Of a stretch of 20,000 bases of DNA, positions 1 through 8,479 are shown one piece after another (position 1 is the first letter of the stretch; every line of letters begins with the position of its first letter). The position numbers and the translations under genes are program-made. The notes beneath the pieces were generated by a model, which was not told where the DNA came from, made no database searches, and saw only the letters and a list, made by a program, of their open reading frames with translations. The stretch lies in the IMG/VR virus record IMGVR_UViG_3300035661_000052; one strand, given 5' to 3'. This DNA comes from an uncultured virus (IMG/VR IMGVR_UViG_3300035661_000052) (taxonomy: Duplodnaviria; Heunggongvirae; Uroviricota; Caudoviricetes).

Positions 1-174
1 TTCATACAGAGAAGAAGCTCCGATGTATTTCTGTTGATTGAGAGTGTAAACATGTTCAGCATCATCATAGACTACAGGAGTAGTTATAGGTATCTGCTGT
101 TCAGTACCACACAGTAGTTTACTATCCATCTCTTTAGATGCAAACTCACGTTGTATGTTTTCTGCCCAACTCAT
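1..174 (-). CDS. 5' part of a probable PD-(D/E)XK-type phage nuclease (runs off the window)
   Basis: Manual translation MSWAENIQREF...VVYDDAEHVYTLNQQKYIGASSLYE. The 'YD..H.YT....Y...S' pattern resembles the N-terminus of phage PD-(D/E)XK exonucleases. Its start overlaps the stop of the upstream ORF (TAATG). Confidence 0.5.
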   Translation of the reverse strand, partial: MSWAENIQREFASKEMDSKLLCGTEQQIPITTPVVYDDAEHVYTLNQQKYIGASSLYE

Positions 175-332
175 TACAAATAGTATCTTATTGGCATGAT
201 AAACTTCTTGGCAGCTTTCACAGCACTGCTCTTACGTTTGTAAGTCTCACTGGTAGCAATGGTCTTACCGTTGCGTGCGTGAATAGTGAAGAATATCTGA
301 TTGTCGAGTGAACGTTTAATATGTATTTTCAT
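174..332 (-). CDS. YegP/DUF1508-like small protein (52 aa)
   Basis: Manual translation MKIHIKRSLDNQIFFTIHARNGKTIATSETYKRKSSAVKAAKKFIMPIRYYL. The 'F.I.A.NG..IA.SE.Y..K.SA' motif is typical of DUF1508. Below the ORF-track length cutoff. Confidence 0.75.
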   Translation of the reverse strand: MKIHIKRSLDNQIFFTIHARNGKTIATSETYKRKSSAVKAAKKFIMPIRYYL

Positions 333-342
333 AGTTGTAGAT

Positions 343-666
343 TTATCGAGTGACGGCTTTCACTGCATACATCTGAGCAGTCTCCAGGTTAGTCTTGGCA
401 ATGGAGGCAAGCCGCATCATGTCTGAATGTTGTAAATCTCTTGAAGTAAAAGTTCTTTCAATGTTTTCCTTAACCTCAGGGTCAGTAGTAGAAGTCATAT
501 CAATATGCCTCTGTCGTACCCACTTATCAATTTCATCAAATGCATCAGCGAAGATCTGTTTGATTGCAGCCACGTCCTCACGCTGACCGGGATTGAAGGA
601 TACGGACATTATATGTTGTCCTCTGGTGAGAGTCTTCGAAGACTCCTGTGTAGATTGTGAATCCAT
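343..666 (-). CDS. Acb2/Tad1-like helical hairpin protein (candidate immune-signal sponge)
   Basis: N-terminal 'SFNP' and C-terminal 'RLASIAKTNLETAQMYAVKAVT' resemble the Acb2-type C-terminal helix pattern (R..A/S.A.T..E/Q...M...KA). Confidence 0.55.
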   Translation of the reverse strand: MDSQSTQESSKTLTRGQHIMSVSFNPGQREDVAAIKQIFADAFDEIDKWVRQRHIDMTSTTDPEVKENIERTFTSRDLQHSDMMRLASIAKTNLETAQMYAVKAVTR

Positions 667-752
667 AGTTGTAAAGATTTAATATTAGGTAGTTAAGGTA
701 CACCTGCTGGGTAGTGAGAAAATTGTTACCCACACGGTGTTGGTAAATAACA

Positions 753-779
753 ATGCCCCAGAGTATTAATCTGAGGCAT
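753..779. terminator. Hairpin between leftward genes (possible terminator or processing site)
   Basis: ATGCCCCAGA-gtattaa-TCTGAGGCAT imperfect inverted repeat just downstream of the 796-1266 gene. No clear U-tract. Confidence 0.35.
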
Positions 780-795
780 CTGTCATCTGGTTAGG

Positions 796-1266
796 TTAGA
801 CTGTTGGCGGAGTTGGGTCTGTTACTACTGGAGTTGGGTCAACTACCGGAGCTGGTGTTGGAGCCGAAACAGTACTGGCTACATCAGTTGTAATAGTATC
901 CAGGCCCTGGCTTACTACACCAAGAGATTCTCTTAGTGTTTGTACTCCTGCTGGTGATATACCACTGGCTAACTGTCCCTGCAAATCAAGGATGGTTGCT
1001 TTCAGTGTTTCGTTTGCTGCTTGTGCAGTAGCAATGGTTACATCTTTTGCAGCCATAGTGTCGGTGAGAGTTTGCTGTACACTATCAAGTGTAGTTTGTA
1101 ATGTCGCTTCTTTAGCTTTCAAGGCTTCTACCTCAGCTAAAATTTCTTGTTCTGCATCCATGATTTTGTCGAGTTTTGAGTTAATAGATTGTAATAGAGT
1201 TACCAACTGTGCACCGGGTTCATCTCCAATGAATCTGTGCTCATGTTTGAATAGACCGAGTACCAT
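796..1266 (-). CDS. Hypothetical coiled-coil protein with Pro/Thr-rich C-terminal tail
   Basis: ORF track. Heptad-like central region and a PTPAPVVDPTPVVTDPTPP tail. Confidence 0.75.
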   Translation of the reverse strand: MVLGLFKHEHRFIGDEPGAQLVTLLQSINSKLDKIMDAEQEILAEVEALKAKEATLQTTLDSVQQTLTDTMAAKDVTIATAQAANETLKATILDLQGQLASGISPAGVQTLRESLGVVSQGLDTITTDVASTVSAPTPAPVVDPTPVVTDPTPPTV

Positions 1267-1945
1267 AATGTGTGTTTGAATTGAGTGTGAAAGTAGAGAG
1301 ATAATTGAGCCATGTAGCCCACTCTCTATACAGCAGATGTCCCCTCAATGACAATTTACTGCATTCTTTCCATACGTCTGCTGGATACCAAGTGCCGAGG
1401 ATTGGGTCATACACAGATCCTCCAGAGTAAACTATTCAGTGCCAGTTTCCTGGATACTCTTGCTGGACGAGAGATGCGGAGGCACACTTTATGCTTAACA
1501 GGAGTCTTTGAATACCTTACAATCAAATATGCAAGTAGCGTGTTCCCTTCTTGTGTCCTATCAGTTCAATGCCCCTATCTAAGGTAATACTTAGGAGAAT
1601 AGCCTGGCAACAGAGAGAGATGAATTGAGTGGTTGTTGTATTATAGGAATAGATTGAGTGCAAGGTAAAAAATTTCTAAAATTTTGAAAATATATTTTGA
1701 AGAAGTGTGTGTTGTTAACTGGTGGGACCACCTCCGTGAAGAGCCCCCTACTAAGTTTTGCGGGTGAAGGTGTCCGTCATCAGCAATTCAGCTAATCTGG
1801 TTGAGTTGTCTTCTTTGTTGCCAGTAATCAATACTGGATGAAAGCCAATAGAACATGGCAGCGTTAACCGGCTTCACGGTTGCCCTTTTTAATTCAACGC
1901 ATCTTAACTTTAAACCTTTCGGTCATAGGTCAACCGAGTCATATT

Positions 1946-2503
1946 ATGAGCACACGCATCAACATCGACGCAGCAAGAGCAATTGCCATCATCAACAGCA
2001 GAACACCACTGTCACGTACACACGTAGGACAACAGGTGTTGCTCACTGTACAAGGCGCAGGAACATTTCAATCTGCTACACAGCAGGAAGCCAAGACTCC
2101 AGGCCAGAAGGCGTACTTCGACAAGTACATCCACAACCTGAAAGCCAACAGTACAGAGGCCATGAGCCGTCCAGAGAACAAAGCCATCTTCGCCGCAGCA
2201 ATGAAAGCTGAAGCAGCAGGCAATGTGGATGAAGCATCTGAACTTTTCAATGAATACCTGAACAATGTACAGGTGAGCTTCAACGCCATCGCACGTCCGG
2301 GTGTACGCAAGTTCGAAGATGGAGACATGTGTACTGCACTTGTTGAAGAGGCAGATACCAAGAGTGGCAACAGAGCCATCGTGGTGAACCAGGTGAAGTA
2401 CAAGGCTCCAACAACTGTGGAGAAAGTGAAGTTCAGTATCACAGACCTGTTGGGAGAAGAGGCACCAGTTGCCGTAGACAATGCAGCTGTAGTAACAGAG
2501 TAG
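1946..2503 (+). CDS. Hypothetical protein, first rightward gene (possibly nucleic-acid binding)
   Basis: ORF 1880-2503. The likely start is ATG 1946 (MSTRINIDAAR) after an AT-rich leader. Strong C/G-ending codon bias and an acidic tail. Confidence 0.8.
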   Translation: MSTRINIDAARAIAIINSRTPLSRTHVGQQVLLTVQGAGTFQSATQQEAKTPGQKAYFDKYIHNLKANSTEAMSRPENKAIFAAAMKAEAAGNVDEASELFNEYLNNVQVSFNAIARPGVRKFEDGDMCTALVEEADTKSGNRAIVVNQVKYKAPTTVEKVKFSITDLLGEEAPVAVDNAAVVTE

Positions 2504-2507
2504 CATT

Positions 2508-2843
2508 CATCTGCTGTAGAGAATTGGAGGAGAAGTCGGTAATCCTTCAATACACAGCAGGAGTCTTAACGTCAGGGCACACAGTCGAGAGATTGTGTGC
2601 TCTTTTTAACAGATCAATCGTTCAGGATAGATACACAGCGGGCTTCACAGAGATGTGGAGTCCATTTTTTCCAGGGTACGGAGTATACTACTCCTGCTGT
2701 AGAGAGTGAGAAGATGAGATCTGCTGGTGATCGAGAGGCGTGTCCTCAATACACAGCAGGCAGGAGTGGTGCGGTAAGAGTTGGAACTGGTGCAGTACGC
2801 AATGAGAGGTGGTGCACTAACCCCTCTTTCTACGCAGCAGATG
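2508..2843. repeat. Cluster of TACACAGCAG(G/ATG) motifs in both orientations
   Basis: Forward copies at 2551 (TACACAGCAG), 2632 (TACACAGCGG), 2750 (TACACAGCAG) and 2831 (TACGCAGCAG). Reverse cores CTGCTG at 2511, 2694 and 2721. Confidence 0.75.
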
Positions 2844-2894
2844 AATTTTTACTGGCCTCAGAATATACTAGTCAGAATTCCATACCTTAGTGAG

Positions 2895-3005
2895 ATGAAA
2901 CAAGAAGATGACAATGGGGTTGCACTGATCGGGATTGTCTGTGTATGGGTATTTGGAGCTTACGTGTTTGGTAGGGTAGTGCTGTGGTTAGTGAGCCTGA
3001 TGTGA
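2895..3005 (+). CDS. Small membrane peptide (MKQEDDNGVALIGIVCVWVFGAYVFGRVVLWLVSLM)
   Basis: C-terminal part of ORF 2781-3005, with an internal ATG and a single hydrophobic helix. Confidence 0.4.
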   Translation: MKQEDDNGVALIGIVCVWVFGAYVFGRVVLWLVSLM

Positions 3006-3197
3006 GGATCTATTTGAAATTTAATTTCAAGTGCTGATGCGTAAGTGACTGAGTCTGTGGCTCTTCGAGCCTGGACCTACACATCCCTCTAACACCTATT
3101 CAATACTACCTCAGATACTACCCCACTATTCTCTCAACACATCTATCACAGCTTCTATTCTTTCCCGTTATCCTACTATTCACTGAAACAGTAGCCG

Positions 3198-3239
3198 ATT
3201 TCACTACTAAATAGCACATTTGTAGTGAATTTCACTACT
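3198..3239. promoter_or_regulatory. Overlapping direct and inverted repeats (ATTTCACTACT x2; GTAGTGAA)
   Basis: atttcactactaaatagcacatttgtagtgaatttcactact: TTCACTAC/GTAGTGAA pairs both ways. Confidence 0.6.
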
Positions 3240-3253
3240 GGCAATTCACAAAT

Positions 3254-3739
3254 TCAATCATTTAACTCCTTCTGTGTAACATACACGGTTTTTAGTTTTA
3301 ACTTACGATCCTCAAACATAGTAAGTCTATTTCCTGCACAATAGAAACGTGGATTGTACCAAAATGAGTTATCCTTCTTATTTCTAATACTAATCACATC
3401 ATGCCTGATAAGTTCGCGTATAGTATCTTCATACTTTCGTTTAGATACCTTCTCTGGATGTCGGAGTTCTTTTATCTTATCCAAAGAAAGAATCACATAC
3501 TCATAAGAGTCATTGGTAAAATACTGAATAGTTAAGAACATATCTCTGGCATAAATTGTCATCTTTAAGATAACATCTCTATATTTCTTGGCAGTATACA
3601 TCCTGGTATAATCCTCAGCTTCAGTTTCAAAGCCATAAAGTATTTTAGAATTCTTACCTTTGATAGGTATAATATCAGTGACATTTTTAATATACTTCAC
3701 TACTAAAGGAGCAGTGAATGGATTGGTTGGTTGATACAT
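3254..3739 (-). CDS. RepL-like winged-helix protein (putative replication initiator or DNA-binding protein)
   Basis: C-terminal wHTH-like 'SKRKYEDTIRELIRHDVI...FWYNPRFYCAGNR' matches the RepL-type '(Y/W).NP.F...G.R' ending. Lies opposite to its neighbours. Confidence 0.65.
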   Translation of the reverse strand: MYQPTNPFTAPLVVKYIKNVTDIIPIKGKNSKILYGFETEAEDYTRMYTAKKYRDVILKMTIYARDMFLTIQYFTNDSYEYVILSLDKIKELRHPEKVSKRKYEDTIRELIRHDVISIRNKKDNSFWYNPRFYCAGNRLTMFEDRKLKLKTVYVTQKELND

Positions 3740-3771
3740 TTGAGTATGATTTGAATAAAGGTATGTATTTT

Positions 3772-3818
3772 ATGCAGTAATTCTACACGATTTAAAAAAG
3801 TGTGTAGAATCTCTGCAT
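3772..3818. promoter_or_regulatory. Long inverted repeat upstream of the RepL-like gene
   Basis: ATGCAG-ta-ATTCTACAC ... GTGTAGAAT-ct-CTGCAT. Confidence 0.55.
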
Positions 3819-3924
3819 ATCAAATCAGCTATAATGCACTGGTAGTAAGCATTTCAGAAATATCCTTCCCTAAATAGTACATTGAGGGAAGCCAACAATT
3901 ATTATCACTTTCAATTACACTCCA

Positions 3925-4308
3925 ATGAGTAATCAAAATCCATTTGTAACAGGAGAATATATTCCACCGGTAAATAAGGTGCCTCAAGACAGGGCAGATA
4001 AAATAACTAATGAAATACTTGAAACACTTACATCTGACCAGTTATTAACTGTAATAGCCGAAGTAATTGGACCTTCCAGTAACAGTGTACTTGTAAGAGT
4101 ACAAAGTTTAGAATATGGTGTAGTGGATGTATCTATAGATTTGAACATTATATTCTTACTACTACTTAAAACAATCCCTTGCAACAATCGCAAACAAGTA
4201 GAAAAATTATTAATGGGAAATAAAGTTTGGCCAAATCATATCTACTTATTCGATGAAGATGAGTCAATAGCTGAACCAGATTATCCACCAATGTGTGTGA
4301 CAAGTTAG
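3925..4308 (+). CDS. Hypothetical protein
   Basis: 127-aa ORF with an AT-rich leader, followed by a terminator. Confidence 0.75.
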   Translation: MSNQNPFVTGEYIPPVNKVPQDRADKITNEILETLTSDQLLTVIAEVIGPSSNSVLVRVQSLEYGVVDVSIDLNIIFLLLLKTIPCNNRKQVEKLLMGNKVWPNHIYLFDEDESIAEPDYPPMCVTS

Positions 4309-4332
4309 CACATTTTAAATATTTATAGTTTC

Positions 4333-4359
4333 AAGCCTCACCTAACCGTGGGGCTTTTT
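4333..4359 (+). terminator. Intrinsic terminator
   Basis: AAGCCTCAC-ctaacc-GTGGGGCTT followed by TTT. Confidence 0.75.
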
Positions 4360-4482
4360 CAATTCCATCCACTTAATTCCATAACAACTTAAATCAACTC
4401 CAATGAGCGCAATTATCAATGGCACACTCATGAGCACAACTGATGCTCAGAGCTGGGACTTTCAATAGTCCACTTAATTCAC

Positions 4483-4513
4483 AACATCTGCTGGTCAATG
4501 AGTAGCAGATGTT
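4483..4513. other. Hairpin built from the CAGCAGATG-type motif
   Basis: AACATCTGCT-ggtcaatgagt-AGCAGATGTT. Confidence 0.55.
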
Positions 4514-4561
4514 TACCTTCACAATTCAATCAATTAACATAGGAGCAGACAAACATTTAAT

Positions 4562-4722
4562 ATGGAAAAGAAACCACGTAAACCAATGATTAAAGCTATC
4601 CGCAAATGTCTCAGATGGAACCATGACTTCCAAAGCTGAAGCCTATTAAGACTCAACTCACAGGTACAAAGACACCTGTTATTGATATTGTTCTCAGGGG
4701 ACAGATAATTACCCGGCTCTAA
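4562..4722 (+). pseudogene. Small basic protein, probably frameshifted
   Basis: MEKKPRKPMIKAIRKCLRWNHDFQ stops at TGA 4637-4639. The -1 frame continues KLKPIKTQLTGTKTPVIDIVLRGQIITRL* to 4722. One extra A at 4632-4634 would fuse the two. Confidence 0.35.
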
Positions 4723-4878
4723 CCTCTAATCCAAACGTCTTCCTATGAGCACTCCTTAATTACACGAATCTCTTAATTCTTAATGGTACAGGTACTCTGT
4801 ATAAATGAATGTTCGCACACATCTGCCGTGAGTTACGGACTCCGGCAGATATATTCCTCAAATTAAAAACCCCGCTAT

Positions 4879-5301
4879 ATGCAAAATCTATTCAACTGGG
4901 TTACCGCACACCCATACAAAGCCGGTACATTACTATGTGTAATGATCATATTCGCAGTATCAATGTGGTACTTCTTCGCCAGCAGAGCCATTCCCCTTGA
5001 AGAGGAACAATTAGATGACTATGAGTCACCCGAGCCTGCTGTGCAGAAAGAGAGGAACTACATCAATATACATGCAGGCTGCTTAGGCACATGCTGTGTG
5101 GTTTATGAATATACGCCTGGGATTCCTACATTGAGTGGGCATCCTATTCGATTTGGAGAGATCAATCTGATCAGGGTAAAACTGTCTTTTGGACTCACAT
5201 CCAGTGAGGACATTCTTCCCCTGCTTACATTTCATCAAAGAGATTTGTTAGCTCAGAGTGTTTATAAAGAACATGAATTAAGAGCATTATTACAGAATTA
5301 A
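4879..5301 (+). CDS. Hypothetical membrane-anchored protein
   Basis: N-terminal hydrophobic helix (TLLCVMIIFAVSMWYFF). Confidence 0.75.
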   Translation: MQNLFNWVTAHPYKAGTLLCVMIIFAVSMWYFFASRAIPLEEEQLDDYESPEPAVQKERNYINIHAGCLGTCCVVYEYTPGIPTLSGHPIRFGEINLIRVKLSFGLTSSEDILPLLTFHQRDLLAQSVYKEHELRALLQN

Positions 5302-5315
5302 TTTACTAACCCAGT

Positions 5316-5432
5316 AAACCGGAGAGAGGGATCGTAGCCTGATAGGATATGTGAAAAAGTGATGTGAGTAAATGTATCCGAGGGATAGGATTTTGTGGAG
5401 GCACCACAGTCCCTCTCTCTCTTTCGGTTTTT
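5316..5432 (+). ncRNA. Intergenic multi-stem RNA element closed by a long stem
   Basis: AAACCG-GAGAGAGGGA (5316-5331) pairs with TCCCTCTCTC-tttt-like bulge-CGGTTT (5410-5430). Internal hairpins TATCC-gagg-GGATA and TGTGG-aggca-CCACA. Confidence 0.5.
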
Positions 5433-5445
5433 AAAACTTAATGAC

Positions 5446-5760
5446 ATGCTAACTAATGAACAAAAGATTGAAGCTTATAAGTATGTGCTTGAATGTCTGG
5501 CAGATGATAGAAATCTGAAAGAATACTCCGGTATCTGCTGGTATTTAAAAAAATGAGTGAATGGCAGTACCGACTATATTATACATGATTTTTTAAGACT
5601 TCCAGAATTCTTTCCTGAGTTTTTTATATTACCTCAAGTAAGAAATCTATTTGAATTCTGGTGGCCGAAAACAGAAGAAGGTTACCAGGAACGTGTAAAA
5701 GCTATTAATTCAATTCTTAAAACTCTTAAATCCACAGCAGATGTCGCAATTATTAAGTAA
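5446..5760 (+). pseudogene. Paralog of the 'FPEF' family with an internal TGA
   Basis: MLTNEQKIEAYKYVLECLADDRNLKEYSGICWYLKK*VNGST...FFPEF...WWPK. The TGA at 5554-5556 aligns with Trp in paralog 6553-6823 (CGRLQTWLN). Confidence 0.65.
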
Positions 5761-6034
5761 AGAAGAAAGACTTGCTGCCTATGAGAAGGCACTGGCTTGG
5801 TATACAGCAGATGAACAGAACAATACTGGACTGTGTGTTGTTTTAGGAAGATCTCATTGGAGAAATTTTATGGATTCTCCACTAACATACTGGTATAATA
5901 TGGAAGAGTACTTTCCAGAAATATTTATTCAGGGACATCCTTACCCTCATAATACAAGCTATGAAAAGACAAGAAATAGACGTATTTTCTGGCTTGAAAA
6001 TGCAATAATGCAATTAACACAACCTATAAATTAA
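5741..6034 (+). CDS. Hypothetical protein, 'FPEF' paralog family
   Basis: LSKEERLAAY...GLCVVL...YFPEI...RIFWLE. Confidence 0.8.
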   Translation: MSQLLSKEERLAAYEKALAWYTADEQNNTGLCVVLGRSHWRNFMDSPLTYWYNMEEYFPEIFIQGHPYPHNTSYEKTRNRRIFWLENAIMQLTQPIN

Positions 6035-6035
6035 T

Positions 6036-6323
6036 ATGGCTAGAGGACCCGTTGGGCATACATGCCCTGATATTGATGCAGTGATAAATGGTATTTCATA
6101 CGCTATGAGTGATTTGAGAGGACTTGAATCTATTTTAGAGAGTTTACGTAGTGACAACGATGCATTACGTACTTGGGGATCTGAATGGGAAAATAAGGCC
6201 AATGATACAATTAGTGATCTACAATCAGACTTAAAAGATGCCAAAGAACAAATAGAATCACTCAAAACAAAACATGATGAACTCAAGGAAGAGCTTGAAC
6301 GTCACAAATTATCTAATTACTAA
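6036..6323 (+). CDS. Hypothetical coiled-coil phage protein
   Basis: PVGHTCPDID...LRSDNDALRTWG, with a C-terminal coiled coil. Confidence 0.8.
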   Translation: MARGPVGHTCPDIDAVINGISYAMSDLRGLESILESLRSDNDALRTWGSEWENKANDTISDLQSDLKDAKEQIESLKTKHDELKEELERHKLSNY

Positions 6324-6333
6324 ATCAATTAAC

Positions 6334-6552
6334 ATGATAACAGGAACAATCTTAAAGAATGGAGTGATCAAACTGTTCCTCACGGGAACAGACTCCATTG
6401 ATGAGGCCATACTCAAGGAGTTGAATGGTGCTCATTGCAAATTAGTCACGGAAAATTTCAGGCTTGGAGATAAAAGTATCACTGGTGCACTTATCATTGA
6501 AAAGCCTGTGAACGGAACTGGAAATGATTCTTCATTTAAAACTGCTGAATAA
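6334..6552 (+). CDS. Hypothetical protein
   Basis: ORF 6274-6552. The likely start is MITGTILK. Confidence 0.7.
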   Translation: MITGTILKNGVIKLFLTGTDSIDEAILKELNGAHCKLVTENFRLGDKSITGALIIEKPVNGTGNDSSFKTAE

Positions 6553-6553
6553 T

Positions 6554-6823
6554 ATGATACTAACTAATAAACAAAAGAAAGCTGCCTATCAATTTACTAT
6601 AAATGAGCTTAATCGTGGGTATAAAAGTGTATGTGGGAGACTGCAAACTTGGTTAAATATCAATTTACAGTTGCACTTTAATACTTGCGCAGAAGTTCTT
6701 AACTGCTTTCCAGAGTTTTTAGTGTTAAAACCTAAAGATACATACATAGATGGCTTTTGGTGGCCAAGTATTGATAAAAAAATTAGAATTAAGCATCTTG
6801 AATCAATTATCTCAAATCTTTAA
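6554..6823 (+). CDS. Hypothetical protein, 'FPEF' paralog family
   Basis: MILTNKQKKAAY...SVCGRL...CFPEF...FWWP...RIKHLE. Confidence 0.75.
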   Translation: MILTNKQKKAAYQFTINELNRGYKSVCGRLQTWLNINLQLHFNTCAEVLNCFPEFLVLKPKDTYIDGFWWPSIDKKIRIKHLESIISNL

Positions 6824-6825
6824 TC

Positions 6826-7263
6826 ATGGAAAGCAGAATATCATCGGAACATGTGTACGACTATTTGCTGAGCGGTAGAGTACACGCCAACTTCTACAAT
6901 ATACTTACTAACAATCAGCTTCACGTCAACATCAACCGTAAAAATGCAAGCCTGGTGTGGTATGTGTACGCTGTGGATAAAAGTTACCTTGGGTACATTC
7001 GTGGAGATGTGTTTATCTGGGCAACACCAGGCAGTGGATTCGTATCATCAAACGGTAAGCTTGCAATGCAGAGATTTAGCTGGATCTGGAAACAGATTGT
7101 GGCTAAAACTATACCTGATACTATGTACATATTACATGATGGTAGCTGTGGACATTGCGGTCGTACACTGTCAGACGCGACAAGTCTCAAGGTTGGCATT
7201 GGCCCATCATGCAGGAAGAAACTTGGAATCGTATATTCATCACAAACTCAACTTGAACTTTAA
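6826..7263 (+). CDS. DUF6011-like zinc-finger protein
   Basis: C-terminal CGHCGRTLSDATSLKVGIGPSC motif. Confidence 0.8.
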   Translation: MESRISSEHVYDYLLSGRVHANFYNILTNNQLHVNINRKNASLVWYVYAVDKSYLGYIRGDVFIWATPGSGFVSSNGKLAMQRFSWIWKQIVAKTIPDTMYILHDGSCGHCGRTLSDATSLKVGIGPSCRKKLGIVYSSQTQLEL

Positions 7264-7265
7264 TA

Positions 7266-7619
7266 ATGGAACTGATACCAGCAGATGATACTATCAAATC
7301 CGAAGTAGTTATTCCTGCAAAGACAGAACATAAGTTCATCGGTACGCTTACACCACATCCAGGGCACACCTGTTATCAGTTCAATCTTATAACTAAGAAG
7401 ATTACGCTTGCTGTATTTGAAACAACCACTTCTAATCTGAGTGGAAAAAACGGGCGTAAGCTTATCGTTCAACCTGACTGCATCTACTGTACTGCGTTGA
7501 ATCCGAAGAATGCTATCAAGAGATTTTTCAAGATGCTGCAACTGAATGCGGCTATTCAAATGATTAAACCTAAAACCGATGAGAAAGATCTTAATCTCAG
7601 TAAAACAGAAACTCAATAA
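7266..7619 (+). CDS. Hypothetical protein
   Basis: 117-aa ORF, tightly packed in the operon. Confidence 0.75.
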   Translation: MELIPADDTIKSEVVIPAKTEHKFIGTLTPHPGHTCYQFNLITKKITLAVFETTTSNLSGKNGRKLIVQPDCIYCTALNPKNAIKRFFKMLQLNAAIQMIKPKTDEKDLNLSKTETQ

Positions 7620-8085
7620 TGCTATTCAACGTAGTATATTGGTGAATTGTCCTCAAGGGCATCATGATTGGGGATTCTCCGTACAAGATAGGTGGAATAA
7701 GCCTAAAACAAGAAAAATAGCTAAGGTTCAAAGGATTTGCTATGAGTGCATTCGAATTAGACAACGAAATAAAATGACTCGGGAAAAAGCCAAGGTGAAA
7801 AATGCCAGAGATAATAAAATTCGTAACCTTAAAATGAAAAGAGATCCTGAATATGCTCAAAAAATACGAACTTCATTTGTCAGAAGAAGTACTAATGCAT
7901 GTAAAATTTTAAATGATGGTTATATCAGACAATACATAAGGAAAACTTTTGCTGAGAAGAGTTTAAAAGCTTTAGAGATACCAGATCAACTGGTGGAGAT
8001 TACCAGATATTATTTACAACTAAATAGAACCTTTAATGACAAAAGCACAATTAATAGGGAAGTCACAAGCCCAACACATCCGTGA
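7579..8085 (+). CDS. Basic hypothetical protein with a CxxGH...CxxC zinc motif
   Basis: CPQGH...CYEC, Lys/Arg-rich. Confidence 0.65.
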   Translation: MRKILISVKQKLNNAIQRSILVNCPQGHHDWGFSVQDRWNKPKTRKIAKVQRICYECIRIRQRNKMTREKAKVKNARDNKIRNLKMKRDPEYAQKIRTSFVRRSTNACKILNDGYIRQYIRKTFAEKSLKALEIPDQLVEITRYYLQLNRTFNDKSTINREVTSPTHP

Positions 8086-8263
8086 AGTTTCATACCAAGA
8101 TGGAATGAAGTATAGAGAACTGGCTTTGAAAACTGGAAGTAAAGATCATGCAATGTTTGCGATTTTAAATTTCAGAATTTGGATTCGAGCTGCTGTAATA
8201 GATCTTATTGAGACTAAACAGTTAGCTTCTGGTACAGTGAAACCAATCAAACAATTAAAATGA
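8036..8263 (+). CDS. Hypothetical protein
   Basis: 75-aa ORF whose stop overlaps the next start (ATGA). Confidence 0.65.
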   Translation: MTKAQLIGKSQAQHIREVSYQDGMKYRELALKTGSKDHAMFAILNFRIWIRAAVIDLIETKQLASGTVKPIKQLK

Positions 8264-8469
8264 ACTGGAATCTATTTAATCCCACCGGCGTAACGGGAGG
8301 AGATGATGAAGATCTCCTCTACAGATCCGAAATCACTGGTCCACAGGGTGCCAGATATGAATTACTACGGGAGAAAACTCACATCCATGCTGACGTGGAA
8401 AAAGCTAAAAGGTATTTAAGAAGAAACTTTGATGTAGTGAGTATCCAAATAATTCATGAAACTGATTAA
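8260..8469 (+). CDS. Hypothetical protein
   Basis: 69-aa ORF with ATGA coupling. Confidence 0.7.
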   Translation: MNWNLFNPTGVTGGDDEDLLYRSEITGPQGARYELLREKTHIHADVEKAKRYLRRNFDVVSIQIIHETD

Positions 8470-8474
8470 CTTTG
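8467..8474 (+). promoter_or_regulatory. Bacteroidota -7 promoter element upstream of the structured RNA
   Basis: TAACTTTG fits TAnnTTTG. No well-spaced -33 TTTG was seen. Confidence 0.4.
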
Positions 8475-8479
8475 TAAAT

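Noticed and set aside
1855..2550. Overlapping ORFs 1855-2211(+), 2012-2506(-) and 2068-2550(-)
   Set aside because: These are shadows of the codon-biased gene at 1946-2503.
2508..2843. CRISPR array
   Set aside because: Repeats are only 10-14 nt, in mixed orientation with irregular spacing. No cas genes were seen.
4744..4880. Another broken gene (LLNYTNLLILNGTGTLYK*MFAHICRE...)
   Set aside because: It would need both a frameshift and a stop read-through with no homology support, so it is too speculative.
5330..5410. Hammerhead ribozyme
   Set aside because: CTGATAG and GAAA are present, but the CUGANGA core and the required three-stem geometry are not.
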